A stretch of 62,000 nt of DNA. Source: Chiloscyllium plagiosum (lineage: Eukaryota). Shown piece by piece: positions 12,879 to 24,389 of this stretch. Every line of letters begins with the position of its first letter. The stretch's first letter is position 1. A program made the position numbers and the translations under genes. The notes below the pieces were generated by a model, which searched no databases, was not told the origin of the DNA, and saw nothing but the letters and a program-made list of their open reading frames with translations. The stretch covers positions 52,949,723 through 53,011,722 of the forward strand of contig NC_057728.1 of NCBI RefSeq assembly GCF_004010195.1, written 5' to 3'.

Positions 12879-13067
12879 TAAATTATCTTTCAATTTAAAG
12901 CTCTTGCAGTTAAAATAATATTTTGACAGCTATGGGGGTCATTATGAATGCTTGGCTGAATTCTAAAGTAAATATTCATTTGTGTTGACACAGTTGTTCA
13001 GGAAAATGACAGAATGTCCTTCAAGGTTGTAATATTCAGCCTCTGATGTGTACATTGGTTGCTTAGA

Positions 13068-13310
13068 GTCATTGAGCCATAGAGATGTACAGCACAACCA
13101 ACAGACTTTTCTGTCCAACTTGTCCATGTAGACCAGATTTTCTAAATTAATCTAGTCCCATTTGCCAGCATTTGGCCCATATCCCTCTGAGCACTTCCTA
13201 TTCATATACCCATCCAGATGCCTTTTAAATGTTGCAATTGCATCTGCCTCCACCACCTCCTCTGATAGCTCATTCCACACTCACACCACCATCAGCATGA
13301 AACTGTTGCC
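13068..13310 (-). mobile_element. CR1 3' end fragment
   Basis: Reverse complement of the 1-268 type tail. Confidence 0.85.
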
Positions 13311-14977
13311 TGTTTATACAATGCTTAAATAATGCTTATATTTAAATCATAACCATTTTTTTCAATGGAGAAGTTTTGTTCAAAGATCTGTCACTGAAAC
13401 TACAACAAGAGTTTCATCACACTGTCACAAGTTTTCAACATCTGCATTTAAAATAATTCCTATTGCTATTGTAAAACTCCTGAGGACTGTACAAAGTGGA
13501 TACTTGATTTGATATGTGGTTAGGGAAGATAGATGGGACATAGAGGTGGCATGAGATATCTGAGGGACCACTGGGTGACATGAACAATGTAAGGAGCAAT
13601 GGGAGTTGCATGGGGATTTGAGGGTGCCATGGATGTGGCATTGGGATTCTGAGGAGGAATAGAGATGGTATTGCCAATCTGAGAACGCAATTAAATGACA
13701 TGAGAGGTGGATGGATATAAAGGTGTAAGGGCTATGGTTTAGGGACCTTCAAATGATGAGAATTTATTGTAGTTTTGGTGAATGGAGGTGGACCTTTTAA
13801 CAAACATACCATTGCATCCACACTCCATTGCAACATGGAAATTGAACTGTGAATATAAGATCTATGTGAAGAAACAGAACTCCCAGGCAAAGTAATGCAT
13901 GGATTGAGTGTTGAGCTTTATGAAATAAAAATGTGCAAGTTGTGTTTTCTCAAGCCTTCAGCAAAGTCCAAGCCAATGACTAGAGATTATGATTGAATGT
14001 TTTACACTAACTTATACAAACTTGCTTTGTCATGCTGTCTTGATATTACACAGAGGTAATAGTTTCTGCTCAATAGCTATGACCGTGCCTGAAATCTAAA
14101 GGGCAGATATAAGTAGCGGTTATGTCACTGGCACTTAATATCCAAGATATGAAGAGAATAATAATCTAAGTCTGAGGCCGTATGAGACATTGAATACAGT
14201 TTGAAAAAATAAATTTAGTAATTTTTGCTCCTGCATCAGGTAAAAAAAAAGCTGTTCACGTTAAAGAAGAATGTAACTTCCATAGCATTTCAGGAAATTG
14301 CAAAGTGCTTGCCTGCCAATCAATTTTTACAATGCACAATGTATGCTTCTAAAAGAAAACATTACAATGCTAGAAATGTAGCAACATCATCAAACAAACA
14401 GCAAGATAAGCAATCTGTTTCTAAATAATATTATTTGAGAGACATAATAATGGATCCATTGGCAAACACTAAGGTGTCTGTTGGAAATAGGGATTCAACA
14501 ATCTGAGCTTAGACCACCCAAAAAATACTTCTCATTGGCATCTTTGGACCAGGTTTGAAGGGTGCGCCCATAATAGTCAAGGAACAACCTGACCTAGGCT
14601 CATATCTCCCTGACAACATCCCACACTCCTCTGTAGTCATTCCTTGGTATTTCTGGTATCACTGGCAGGTTGCTTTAACAGTGCCTCACAAATTGGAATA
14701 TTCACATCCTAGAAGGACAAGGCGATTAGGTAGCAGAACTCAGATCATACTTTGTCCTTACTTCGACATATCTCATGGTTTTTGGGTCAATATCCTGGAA
14801 GTCCCTACCTAACAGTGCTTTGGGAATTCTTCCACTCACAAAGACTGAAACCATTCAAGGATAAGTCTTACAACCTACCTTCTGAAGATAATCCTGGATG
14901 GTAAATTCATGTGTCGGCACTAGCATACTTTAAGAAGGGGGGGGGTGGGGAAGGAGGGGGGGGGTGGGGAAGGGGGA

Positions 14978-15218
14978 GTTTAAAAGGGACTTAAGGGGGA
15001 ACATTTTCACGCAGAGGGTGTGTATGGAATGAGCTGCCAGAGGAAGTGGTGAAGGCTGATACGGTTACAGCATTTAAAGACATCTGGATGGGTATATGAA
15101 TAGGAAGGGTTAGAGGGATATGAGCTATATGCTGGTAAATGCGACTAGATTAGTTTAGGATACTGGTTGCCATAGATGAGTTGGACTGAAGAGTCCATGC
15201 TGCACATCTCTATGACTC
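14978..15218 (+). mobile_element. CR1 3' end fragment
   Basis: Matches 1-268 and ends CTCTATGACTC; preceded by a G-rich tandem tract at 14936-14977. Confidence 0.85.
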
Positions 15219-16789
15219 ATCCTGAGAACAATGGTAAAATCTTCCACTCTGTTCCTCCAATTCTGGCCTAATGTGCATCTCTAATTTCCATCATTCTATT
15301 ATTGGCTGCTCTGCCTTCAACTGCCTAGACCCTAACCTCTGACATTCAATTCCTAAACATTAATCATAATTTCATAAAACCTATCTTGCTAATAAAGATT
15401 TTGGTCACATATCTTAAGATCTTCTGACATAACTTGTTGTCAAATTTTGTCTGACAATGCTCCTGAGCACGACATTAAAGGTGCTGTTGTTTTCGCCCTT
15501 ATAACTTCCTTCCCCAAACTTTGTGACATTTTTCAGTTTGCATGTGTGATGTGAGGTCATGGCAGAAAGTATTTTCACTTCTATTTTTTCTTCACAGATG
15601 TTGACAAATCAGCAAATAGATTTCTAACATTTTAAGTGATTTGTTTCCTCACTTTTTGTGCAAAAACCAGATCACTCTGCAATGCAAATATATTGCTTCA
15701 TAAAATATTTAAATGACATTCATCTTCCGCCTCTGTGAAGTGCTAATTTGAAAGATACAACCTATTGGAAACTTGGAAATTATTGCTAAATTACTTCCAA
15801 ACCCTTGAGATAATGTCCTATTCTTTGTGTACCAGAGACAAGAGTTCTTCTTAGCCCCTTCAAGAAGATGCTGTTTCATCAATACTTTATGCTATGAATC
15901 ACTGCTTTGAAAGGCTGTTATGTACCCTTGAGTTGAGGCAATAAGTAATTACACAGCTAAAAATAATTATGCAACTACAATATAAACTAAGCAATGAATC
16001 CCACCAAGTCTTCTTTGCAGCAGCTTTTCATCTCTCGAGATTTTTCAAAAGAAAACACTTGCTGTTATTGAATCAAAAGGCAGAATTTGATTCCCTCCAA
16101 TGAGGCAAGTATGGAGATGCTGGGTGTAGTTTAATTGGACTGGAGGTTGGTGGGTGGGGATAATGCTGACTTGCTGTCCCATCACAAATTGATCACCTTA
16201 TTTAGACAATTAATGCTATCCTAATGACCTTGCCCGGCAGATTGGGAGGGGGCTCATAATGGGGAAGGCCTGAAGAACCCTGGGTGAATGGAGCGGGGTT
16301 TCACATGTGCACAGACACTAAGTGCCTGATCAAGGATGGCAGGGGGAGGGGTCACTGAGAGCCAACTGCTACCCTTGCTACCTCTCCTGTCTCAGTTGCA
16401 ATCATCTCAAATCTCGGGAACCCTTGGCAAGCTTCTTGTCAAGCTAATTGTTGGCAGCAGTCACTGGCCCCACTGGATCTACCAGCAATGCACAGCTACA
16501 AGCCTCTAATTGGGGATCTCACCAGCTCTCTAGCCAGTTATCTTGTGCTTTGAGCCAATATTTCAGAGTCCACATTAAGACACCAGTCTGGAGTATCATG
16601 GGTTGTCCATGTCTGCACTTACACTTTCCCTTGCGCTATTTATTCCTTATCTCTGTTTAAGGCTCTTCAACTGCTTATGTATTGTAACACTCCTTTATGT
16701 ACATCTGTATATCTAGGTTATCAAATAAGGCTCTCCAGTCTAGTATCGGAGACCTCTCTTCTCACGTGCTCAGTCTAGTTTGGTGGAGT

Positions 16790-17505
16790 TAAAACATAAC
16801 ATCGAATATTACAGCACAAGAACAGGCCCTTCGACCCAACATGTCTGTGCTGACCATAATGCTAATTTAAGATAATCCCACCAGCCTGCACATAGTTCAT
16901 ATCTCTCTCTATTCTCTGCCAGTGCATATGTCTGTCAAAATATCTCTTGAACTTTGCCAGCATATCTGCTCTCCCACCTCTCCTGGCAGTGAGTTCCAAA
17001 CACCTACCACTCTCTGTATAACAAAACTTGCTTCATACATTTCCCTTAAACTTTTCTCCTCTCACCTTAAACCCATGCCCCCCTGGTATTTGACATTTCC
17101 ATTCTGAGAAAGCCCCTTCAGCCTCCGATGCTCTGGTGAAAACAATCCAAGTTTGTCCAACTTCTCCTTAAAGCGAAGCCAATCCAGGGAACATAGTGGT
17201 AAACCTGTTTTGATCCTTTCCAAAGTCTTCACATCCTTCTTATAGGGAGGCCACCAAAACTATAATACTCCAGATGGGTCCTATCTAAAGTCTTATACAC
17301 ATGGAACATGACTTGCCAACGTTTATACTCAATGTCCCGACTGATGAAGGCAAGCATACCGTCAGCTTATTTTACTACCTTATCCACTTGTTGCCACTTT
17401 CAGGGAGCTATTCTGAAGATCCCTCATATATCAATCCTCCTAAGTGTTCTGCCATATATTGTATATTTCCTTTTGCATTTGACTTCCCAAAATGCACCAC
17501 CCTCT
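16790..17505 (-). mobile_element. CR1 3' portion, old
   Basis: Reverse complement of CR1 RT C-terminus and 3' UTR. Confidence 0.75.
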
Positions 17506-17685
17506 CAAAATGGTTAGCTCAAACAGCTGGACATCTGGCTCCCGATGCAGAGTGACACCAACAGTTCTGTTTCAATTCTTGTACTGGCTGAGGTCACCAT
17601 GAAGGTCCTACCTTCTCAACCTCTCCCTTCACTTGAGGAGTGGTGACCCTCAAACTGAACTCACCACCAGCTGTCTTTCTCTAAA
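17506..17685 (+). mobile_element. tRNA-like SINE fused to the CR1 fragment
   Basis: TGGTTAGCTCA..(A-box-like)..GTTTCAATTC (B-box-like); the same sequence and junction recur at about 25280-25372. Confidence 0.5.
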
Positions 17686-18029
17686 GTGGGCAATGGCGAT
17701 TTTCACACCTCTCTTAAAGGACACTTGTGGCTCAGTGACCTGACATTGTGGGTCAGAAAGGCTGAATTCAAGTTTCTCTGCTCCAAATGTATCATAATGC
17801 TCGATATAGTTGAATACAAATATCTATCACAGAGAGACTGTCAGTCCCCTGCACTGAATACTATCACTAGAATGGCTTCAGTACAGAATGAGCCCATTTG
17901 GCCTGAGTTCTCCACTGATGACTCTCTGCAAAATCAATTTAGCTAATCACACTCCCTGGCCTTTACCCTATACCCCTGAAGACTTTCACTTTCTTCAATT
18001 GCTCCTCTAATCCCCTTTTGACAGCCATG

Positions 18030-18424
18030 GCTGGGTGTCACAGTGTCTAGATTAGAGTGGTGCTGGAAAAGCATAGCAGGTCAGGCAGCATCAGAGGAGC
18101 AGGAAAATCGACGTTTCAGGCAAAAGCCCTTCATCAGGAATAGGTGGCTCAGTGGTTAGCACTGCTGCCTCAGCATCAGCAAACCAGGTTCGATTTCACC
18201 CTCAGGCGACTGTCTGTGTGGAGTTTGCACGTTCTTCCTGTGAGCTCCCTTCGGTGCTCCAGTTTCTTCTCATAGTCTAAAGTTGTGCAGGTTTGGTGGA
18301 TTAGACATGGGAAATGTGGGATAAATTAGGGAGGCGAGTCTGATGGGATGCTCTTGGGAGAGTCAGTGTGGACTCGATGAGCTGAATGGCCTGTTTCTGC
18401 ATTGTAGGGATTCTATGACTGAGT
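18030..18424 (+). mobile_element. HE1-like SINE with a PLE family-A insertion (about 18045-18142) in its head
   Basis: GTGGCTCAGTGGTTAGCACTGCTGCC..GGTTCGATT head and TGTAGGGATTCTATGA tail. Confidence 0.8.
18106..18141 (-). ncRNA. Minimal type I hammerhead ribozyme motif (PLE family A), intact core
   Basis: Minus strand reads AUUC-CUGAUGA-A-GGGC-UUUU-GCCU-GAAA-CG-UC-GAUU. Confidence 0.7.
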
Positions 18425-18870
18425 CTACCTCCTTCAGCTTTTCAGGCAATGCATTTGGATCCAAAATTACTTGCTGTATCAAAACGTATTTACTTATGTC
18501 ACCTTTGGTACTCTTGCCAATCACTTTAAATCTGCATTCTCTGGTCCTCAGTCCTTAATGACACCGACAAAAACAATTTTTTTCCTATTTCTTCTGTCCA
18601 GACAGCTTATTATATTGAATCACTCTTTCAAATTTCCTCTCAACCTTTCTGAGGAAAGCCATACCAGCTTCTCCAATCTATCTCTGAAACCATTTGAGTA
18701 AACTCTTCTGCACTTTCACTTCAGCCTTCAATTCCTTCATAAAGTGGAGCACCCAGAACTGGACACCATAATCTAGATGAAGCTGAACCTGACCTAGTGT
18801 TATATACAGGTTTACCATAGCCTCCTGCTTTTATACTCTGTACCACTATTTATAAAGCCATGGATCCTCT
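18425..18870 (-). mobile_element. Old CR1 3' fragment
   Basis: Degenerate reverse complement of the CR1 C-terminal region (CCAGAACTGGACAC = VQFW motif). Confidence 0.6.
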
Positions 18871-18884
18871 TGCATATTTTCATC

Positions 18885-19160
18885 TCCTTAGGAAGCCCCA
18901 AAGCATTCTGCAGTCAATTAACTACTTCTTGAAATGCTCTGATTGAAATCACAGAAAGCATTTTGCATGCAGCAAACACCCACAAACAGCAATGTGATAA
19001 TAACAAGATAATCTTTATTAGTGATTTTGAATCAGTGATAAATATGGACCAGAACAGTAGGGACAACTCCCTGATCTTCTTCAAAATAGTCTGATGGGAT
19101 CTTTGAGACTCAAATGAGAGAGCAGATGAAACTTTAATGCCTCATTTGAAAGACATTACA
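18885..19160 (-). mobile_element. Deu-domain SINE (SacSINE1/AmnSINE1-like)
   Basis: Reverse complement resembles 59583-59880 (GATCCCAT..ACTATT..GAAGA..GGGAGTT..ATATTTATC..ACATTGCTGTTTGTGGG). Family name assigned from recall of the consensus. Confidence 0.6.
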
Positions 19161-19785
19161 AGCCTCCTGCCTTCCAGCCTTTTTCTTAGTTTTCATGTAA
19201 AAAAGACTTTGGAAGAACTTTACAATGATGACAAGGTTGCTGACAGTAAATTCTCCAATGAACAATATCTAATATTAAAGGTCTATAGTTATTAAACTGC
19301 CAGACCAAAGAGTAATAAAAATAATGATAAATTTATAATTCAGCAGCACAATTATTGACATGTCATGATTGGAATTTTGTGAGTTAAATTTGCTTTTCTT
19401 ACATTTGTAAAATGTACAGGACTCACAGAGTATTAAACATATCGCTGAATAAAATTATACATTGTAAGCAAACTGCAACCAACTGCTCTTTCTACACTTT
19501 TCACAATATGTCCACCTTAAAAATAACAATGTGATACCATCGATGAGATTAACTGATCATTTGTGCAAGCTTCTTTGGCTCCATTTTCTCTCCTATCATT
19601 TTTTTAAGAAGTTGGAATCTCATCCACTGTCCAGTTTTTGAGTATCTTCCAGTTCTTTCTTCAAATAGCTCTTCTCAACACAGGCAGAGAGGTTTTGGTG
19701 ATGCAGGGAGCCACTGGAAATGTGGGACTTCACAATTATTCACAATATTTCTACCCAACACTTGTTGACTATCTTCCAGAATATG

Positions 19786-19997
19786 AACTGAAAATGTATT
19801 GCTGGAAAAGCACAGCAGGTCAGGCAGCATCCAGGGAACAGGAGAATCGACATTTCGGGCATAAGCCCTTCTTCAGGAGGGCTTATGCCCGAAACGTCGA
19901 TTCTCCTGTTCCCTGGATGCTGCCTGACCTGCTGTACTTTTCCAGCAACACATTTTCAGCTCTGATCTCCAGCATCTGCAGACCTCACTTTCTCCTC
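19786..19997 (+). mobile_element. Palindromic mini-PLE (family A)
   Basis: About 82-bp inverted arms (19788-19869 / 19878-19959) plus a 38-nt tail. 15-bp TSD ATCTTCCAGAATATG at 19771-19785 and 19998-20012. Confidence 0.88.
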
Positions 19998-20449
19998 ATC
20001 TTCCAGAATATGCCATTGGACAGCGATCAGGGATCCTGAACATTGTCTGTTGTCCTCTCCTTAGCCTTCTTATGGTTAGATCTCTTATGATTTCTTTTTA
20101 AGAGAAACATTTCTCAATGTCTAAAGTTGGGGAATTATGTTACTGTTTCATTAATAGACAGCTTGGGAAAGGGAAAGGGAAGAGGTGGGAAGTGAACACA
20201 GGTGAAGAGGAAAAGAATGGAATAGGATGAGATCTCAAAGAAAGAAAGTGGATGGAAGAGAAAAAGAAGAAATACAGTTCGGGAAATTGCTGCAGGGGCT
20301 TGTCACTCTCCAACTAAGCACATGGAATGATCCATTTGACCTGGTTTAATCATTGGGCCTATGCATCATTATTATTAAATACCGACAACCTGCTGATGAT
20401 GCTCAGCTTGGATTCTTCCACTTGGCTTCAGACATCATTACAGCTTTAA

Positions 20450-21383
20450 GAGGGCATTGTTGGTCTGATCAGTAAGATTGCAGACGACATGAAGATTGGT
20501 GGAGTAGAAGAAAGTATAGGAGACTGTCAAAGAATACAGGAGAATATAGATAGACTGGAGAGTTGGGCAGCGAAGTGGCAGATGGAGTTCAATCCAGGGA
20601 AATGTGAGATGATGCATTTTGGGAAGTCTAAAATTCCAGAGCGAATTGTACTGTAAATGGAAGAGCCTTGGGAAAAGTTGATGAGCATAGAGATCTGGGG
20701 GTTCAGGTCCATTGTATCCTGAAGGTGGCTGCACAGATGAATAGAGTGGTCAAGGCATACAGTATGCTTGTCTTCATCGGACAGAGTATTGAGTATAAGA
20801 GCTGGCAGGTCATGTTAAAATTGTACAAAACTTTGGTTCGGCTGCATTTAGAATACTGTGTGCAGTTCTGGTTGCCACATTACCAAAAGGATGTGGACGC
20901 TTTGGAGAGAGTGCAGAGAAGGTTTACGAGGATGTTGCCTGGTATGGAAGGTGCTAGCTATGAAGAGAGGTTGAGTAGGTTAGGATTGTTTTCATTAGAA
21001 AAAAGGAGTTTGAGGGGGGACCTGATTGAGGTCTACAAAATCATGAAGGGTATAGACAGGGTAGAGATATCCCAGGATGAGGGATTCAATAATAAGAGGG
21101 CATGCGTTCAAGGTGAGAGGTGAAAAGTTTAAGGGGGATATACGCGGTAAGTACTTTACACAGAGGATGGTAGGTGCCTGGAACACATTGCCAGCAGAGG
21201 TAGTAGAGGTAGGCACGGTAGATTCATTTAAGGTGCATCTGGACAGATGCATGAGTAGGTGGGGAGCAGAGGGACATAGATGCTTAGGAATTGGGTGAGA
21301 GGTTTAGACAGTGGATTTGGATCGGCTCAGGCTTGGAGGGCTGAAGGGCTTGTTCCTGGGCTGTAAATTTTCTTTGTTCTTTA
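20450..21383 (+). mobile_element. CR1 LINE 3' portion
   Basis: ORFs 20668-21123 and 21077-21298 (LEYCVQFW..ERVQRRFTRM..LRGDLIEVYKI); tail TCTTTGTTCTTT. Confidence 0.9.
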
Positions 21384-21818
21384 GTCTCAACGTGAACCAA
21401 AACAGTTGAATTACAGTGATCAGTGCTGCCCAATATTTAGAGGTAGCATTTAACAATTGCATCATCAATGAACACCAGTAAAATTGTAGTCAATGTGAAT
21501 CAGGGTGAAAATGCAAGTACAAAGGAAGATGGTTGAAATTTAGCTGAAACAAACACCACATTTTATTGAAGCTTATCAGCTTATGCTCATCAGGACGATT
21601 TGCAAGAAATACCAAAGTAAAGTGAAAACACATTTATAACACATGCTGGTAAGTTGGCAAGTAGACTTTGATTGGTAGACATGCTACATTGGAGAATGCA
21701 TCAGTTAAGTGAGATTGACAGTTAATTGACAAGTTTTGTCTATATTTTTAAACAAGGCAGGTTTATTCTGATTGTCTTGAGAAATTAATGCAAGAATTGA
21801 TGTCACCTATTTTGTTGA

Positions 21819-22012
21819 AAATCACACAACACCAGGTTATAGTCCAACAGGTTTAATTGGAAGCACTAGCTTTCGGAAAGCCACTCCTTCCTGATGAAGG
21901 AGCGGCACTTCGAAAGCTAGTGCTTCCAATTAAACCTGTTGGACTATAACTTGGTGTTGTGTGATTTTTAACTTTGTACAACCCAGTCCAACACCAGCAT
22001 CTCCAAATCATG
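21819..22012 (+). mobile_element. Palindromic mini-PLE (family B) with hammerhead core
   Basis: About 70-bp inverted arms. CTGATGA 21891-21897, stem GGAG/CTTC, GAAA-GC-TA-GTG. 14-bp TSD ACCTATTTTGTTGA at 21805-21818 and 22013-22026. Confidence 0.85.
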
Positions 22013-22084
22013 ACCTATTTTGTTGAGTTGAAACAGGTACAATTTCTGCAAAAAACACAGCCCTGTGTCTTAATATATGCGTAG

Positions 22085-23620
22085 ACTCAAAGATGTACAG
22101 CATGAAAACAGACCCTTTGGTCCAACTTGTCCAAGCTGATCAGATATCCTAAATTAATCTAGTCTCATTTGCCAGCACTTGGCCAACATCCCTCTAAATC
22201 CTTCCTATTCATATACCCATCCAGATGCCTTTTAAATGTTGTAATTGTACCGTTATCCTCCATTTCCTTTGACAGCTCAATCCATACATGCACTACCATT
22301 TGTGTGAAAAGGTTGCCCCTTAAGTTCCTTTTAAATCTTTCCCCTCTCATCCTAAACCTATGCCCTCTCGTTCTGGACTCCCCCAACTCAGGGAAAAAAC
22401 CTTGTCTATTTATCTTACCCATGCCCCTCATGATTTTATAAACCTCTATAAGGTCACCCCTTGGCCTTCGACAGTACAGGGAAAACAGCCCCAGCCTATA
22501 CGGCCTCTCCCTATAGTTCAAACCCTACAACCCTGGCAACATCTTTGTAAATCTTTTCTGAACACTTTCAAATTTAACAACATCATTTCTATAGAAGGGA
22601 GACCAGAATTGCACACAATATTGCAACTGTGGCCTAACCAATACAGTCCAGTACAGTTGCAACATGACCTCCCAACTCCTATACTCAATGCTCTGACCAA
22701 TAAGGAAACCATACCAAACGCCTTCTTCACTATCTTATCTACCTGAGACTCCACTTTCAAGAAACTATGAATCTGCATTCTAAGGTCTCTTTGTTTAGCA
22801 ACACTCCCCAGCACCTTACCATTAAGTGTCCTGCCCTGATTTACCTTTCCAAAACACAGCTCCTCACATTTATCTAAAACTTCATCTGCCACTCCTCGGC
22901 CAATTAGCCTATCTGATCAAGATCCTGTTGTACTCTGAGGTAACTTTTTCGCTGTCCATTACACCTTCAATTTTGGTGTCATCTGCAAACTACCAACTAT
23001 ACTTCCTATGTTCACATCCAAATCATTTTTGTAAATGATGAAAAGCAGTGGACCCACCTCTGATCCTTGTGACACACCACTGGTCACAGGCCTCCAGTCT
23101 GAAAAGCAACCCACCACTACCACCCTCTCTCTTCTACCTTCAAGTCAGTTCTGTATCCAAATCGCTAGTTCTCCCTGTATTCCATGAGATCCATCCTTGC
23201 TAACCAGTCTACCATGAGGAACCTTGTCAAACGCGTTACTGAAGTCCACGTGAATCATGTCCACTGCTCTGCTCTCATCAATCCTCTCATCATTTCTTCT
23301 TCAAAAAACTCAAATCAAGTTAGTCAGACATGATTTCCCATGCACAAAGCCCTGTTGACTATGCCTAATCAGTCCTTGCCTGTCCAAACACACGTAAATC
23401 CTGTCCCTCAGGATTGTCTCCAGCAACTTGCCCACCATCCATGTCAGGCTCACTGGTCTATAGTTCGCTGGCTTTTCCTTATCACCTTTCATAAATAGTG
23501 GCACCACATTTGCCAACTTTCAGTCTTCCGGCACCTCACCCGTGACTATCGATGATCCAAGTATCTCAGCAAGGAGCCCAGCAATCACTTCCCTAGCTTC
23601 CTACAGAGTTCTGGGGTACA
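22085..23620 (-). mobile_element. CR1 (HER1-like) LINE, 5'-truncated
   Basis: Minus ORFs NYRPVSLT..SQQGFVHGKSCLTNL and RGDLIEVYKIM..FKRHLDGYMNRK. Confidence 0.92.
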
Positions 23621-24389
23621 CATGTTCATCTTGTAAAACTCAAAATGGTGCCCAACATTAAATGTGATTCTTCAACTGGACAACATTCACTAAACAAGCT
23701 TGAGGATGTGAATAATTATGCTGACAACTATTGAAGGATCATTAGTCGAGTTCACAATGTAGAGCACTTGCATGTGCTGGAAGCTCATATATTAATACAC
23801 AGATGCTACCAGGCAGCTTAGTCTCTCCAACAATTTCTGTTTCTTTGTTAGACGATTGACATTCTCTGGTTCATTGCTGAGGGCAATTCCATAACCAGAG
23901 TCAACTGGTATGAAATTTAAATATCACTTACCTTAGCGAGACAGTGATTCTGTAGGAATTCTTTTAATAACTGCATGCTGATCACATTTTCTTGATTGTA
24001 TTCAATCCTCATTTTCTGAATTAAGTCAGTCTAATGCTGCAAGAGACTCAGGCAAACCTTATTTTCCATGCTTGCATGTGAAAAGGACATTTCAGCATTT
24101 ATGCATATGAACATATGAATTAGGAGCAGAAGTAAACTATTGTTAGAGGTTTAATTTTTTTTTCCACATCCTTTTCAAACACATTACATGGCTCCTGGGG
24201 TCTGTCGAGACACTGAGTGAAAAGCAATGGAGGTTACATGGGAACATGGAAAGTAACAGGAACAGTACAATGCGCATGGAGGATATTAGAAGAGGGATAG
24301 GATTGTGAGAGACCATGGAGGGAGTAAGTATGGGGGCATGAGCATATAAGAGGACATGATGGTGGCACATGAAGGTTAGGTATTACAAA

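Noticed and set aside
19786..19997. Palindromes as MITEs, miRNA genes or CRISPR-like repeats
   Set aside because: Variable 9-16 bp TSDs, one-sided tails, variable centres and linkage to GIY-YIG indicate PLE retro-insertions. There is no repeat-spacer array or cas gene, and no evidence for miRNA processing.
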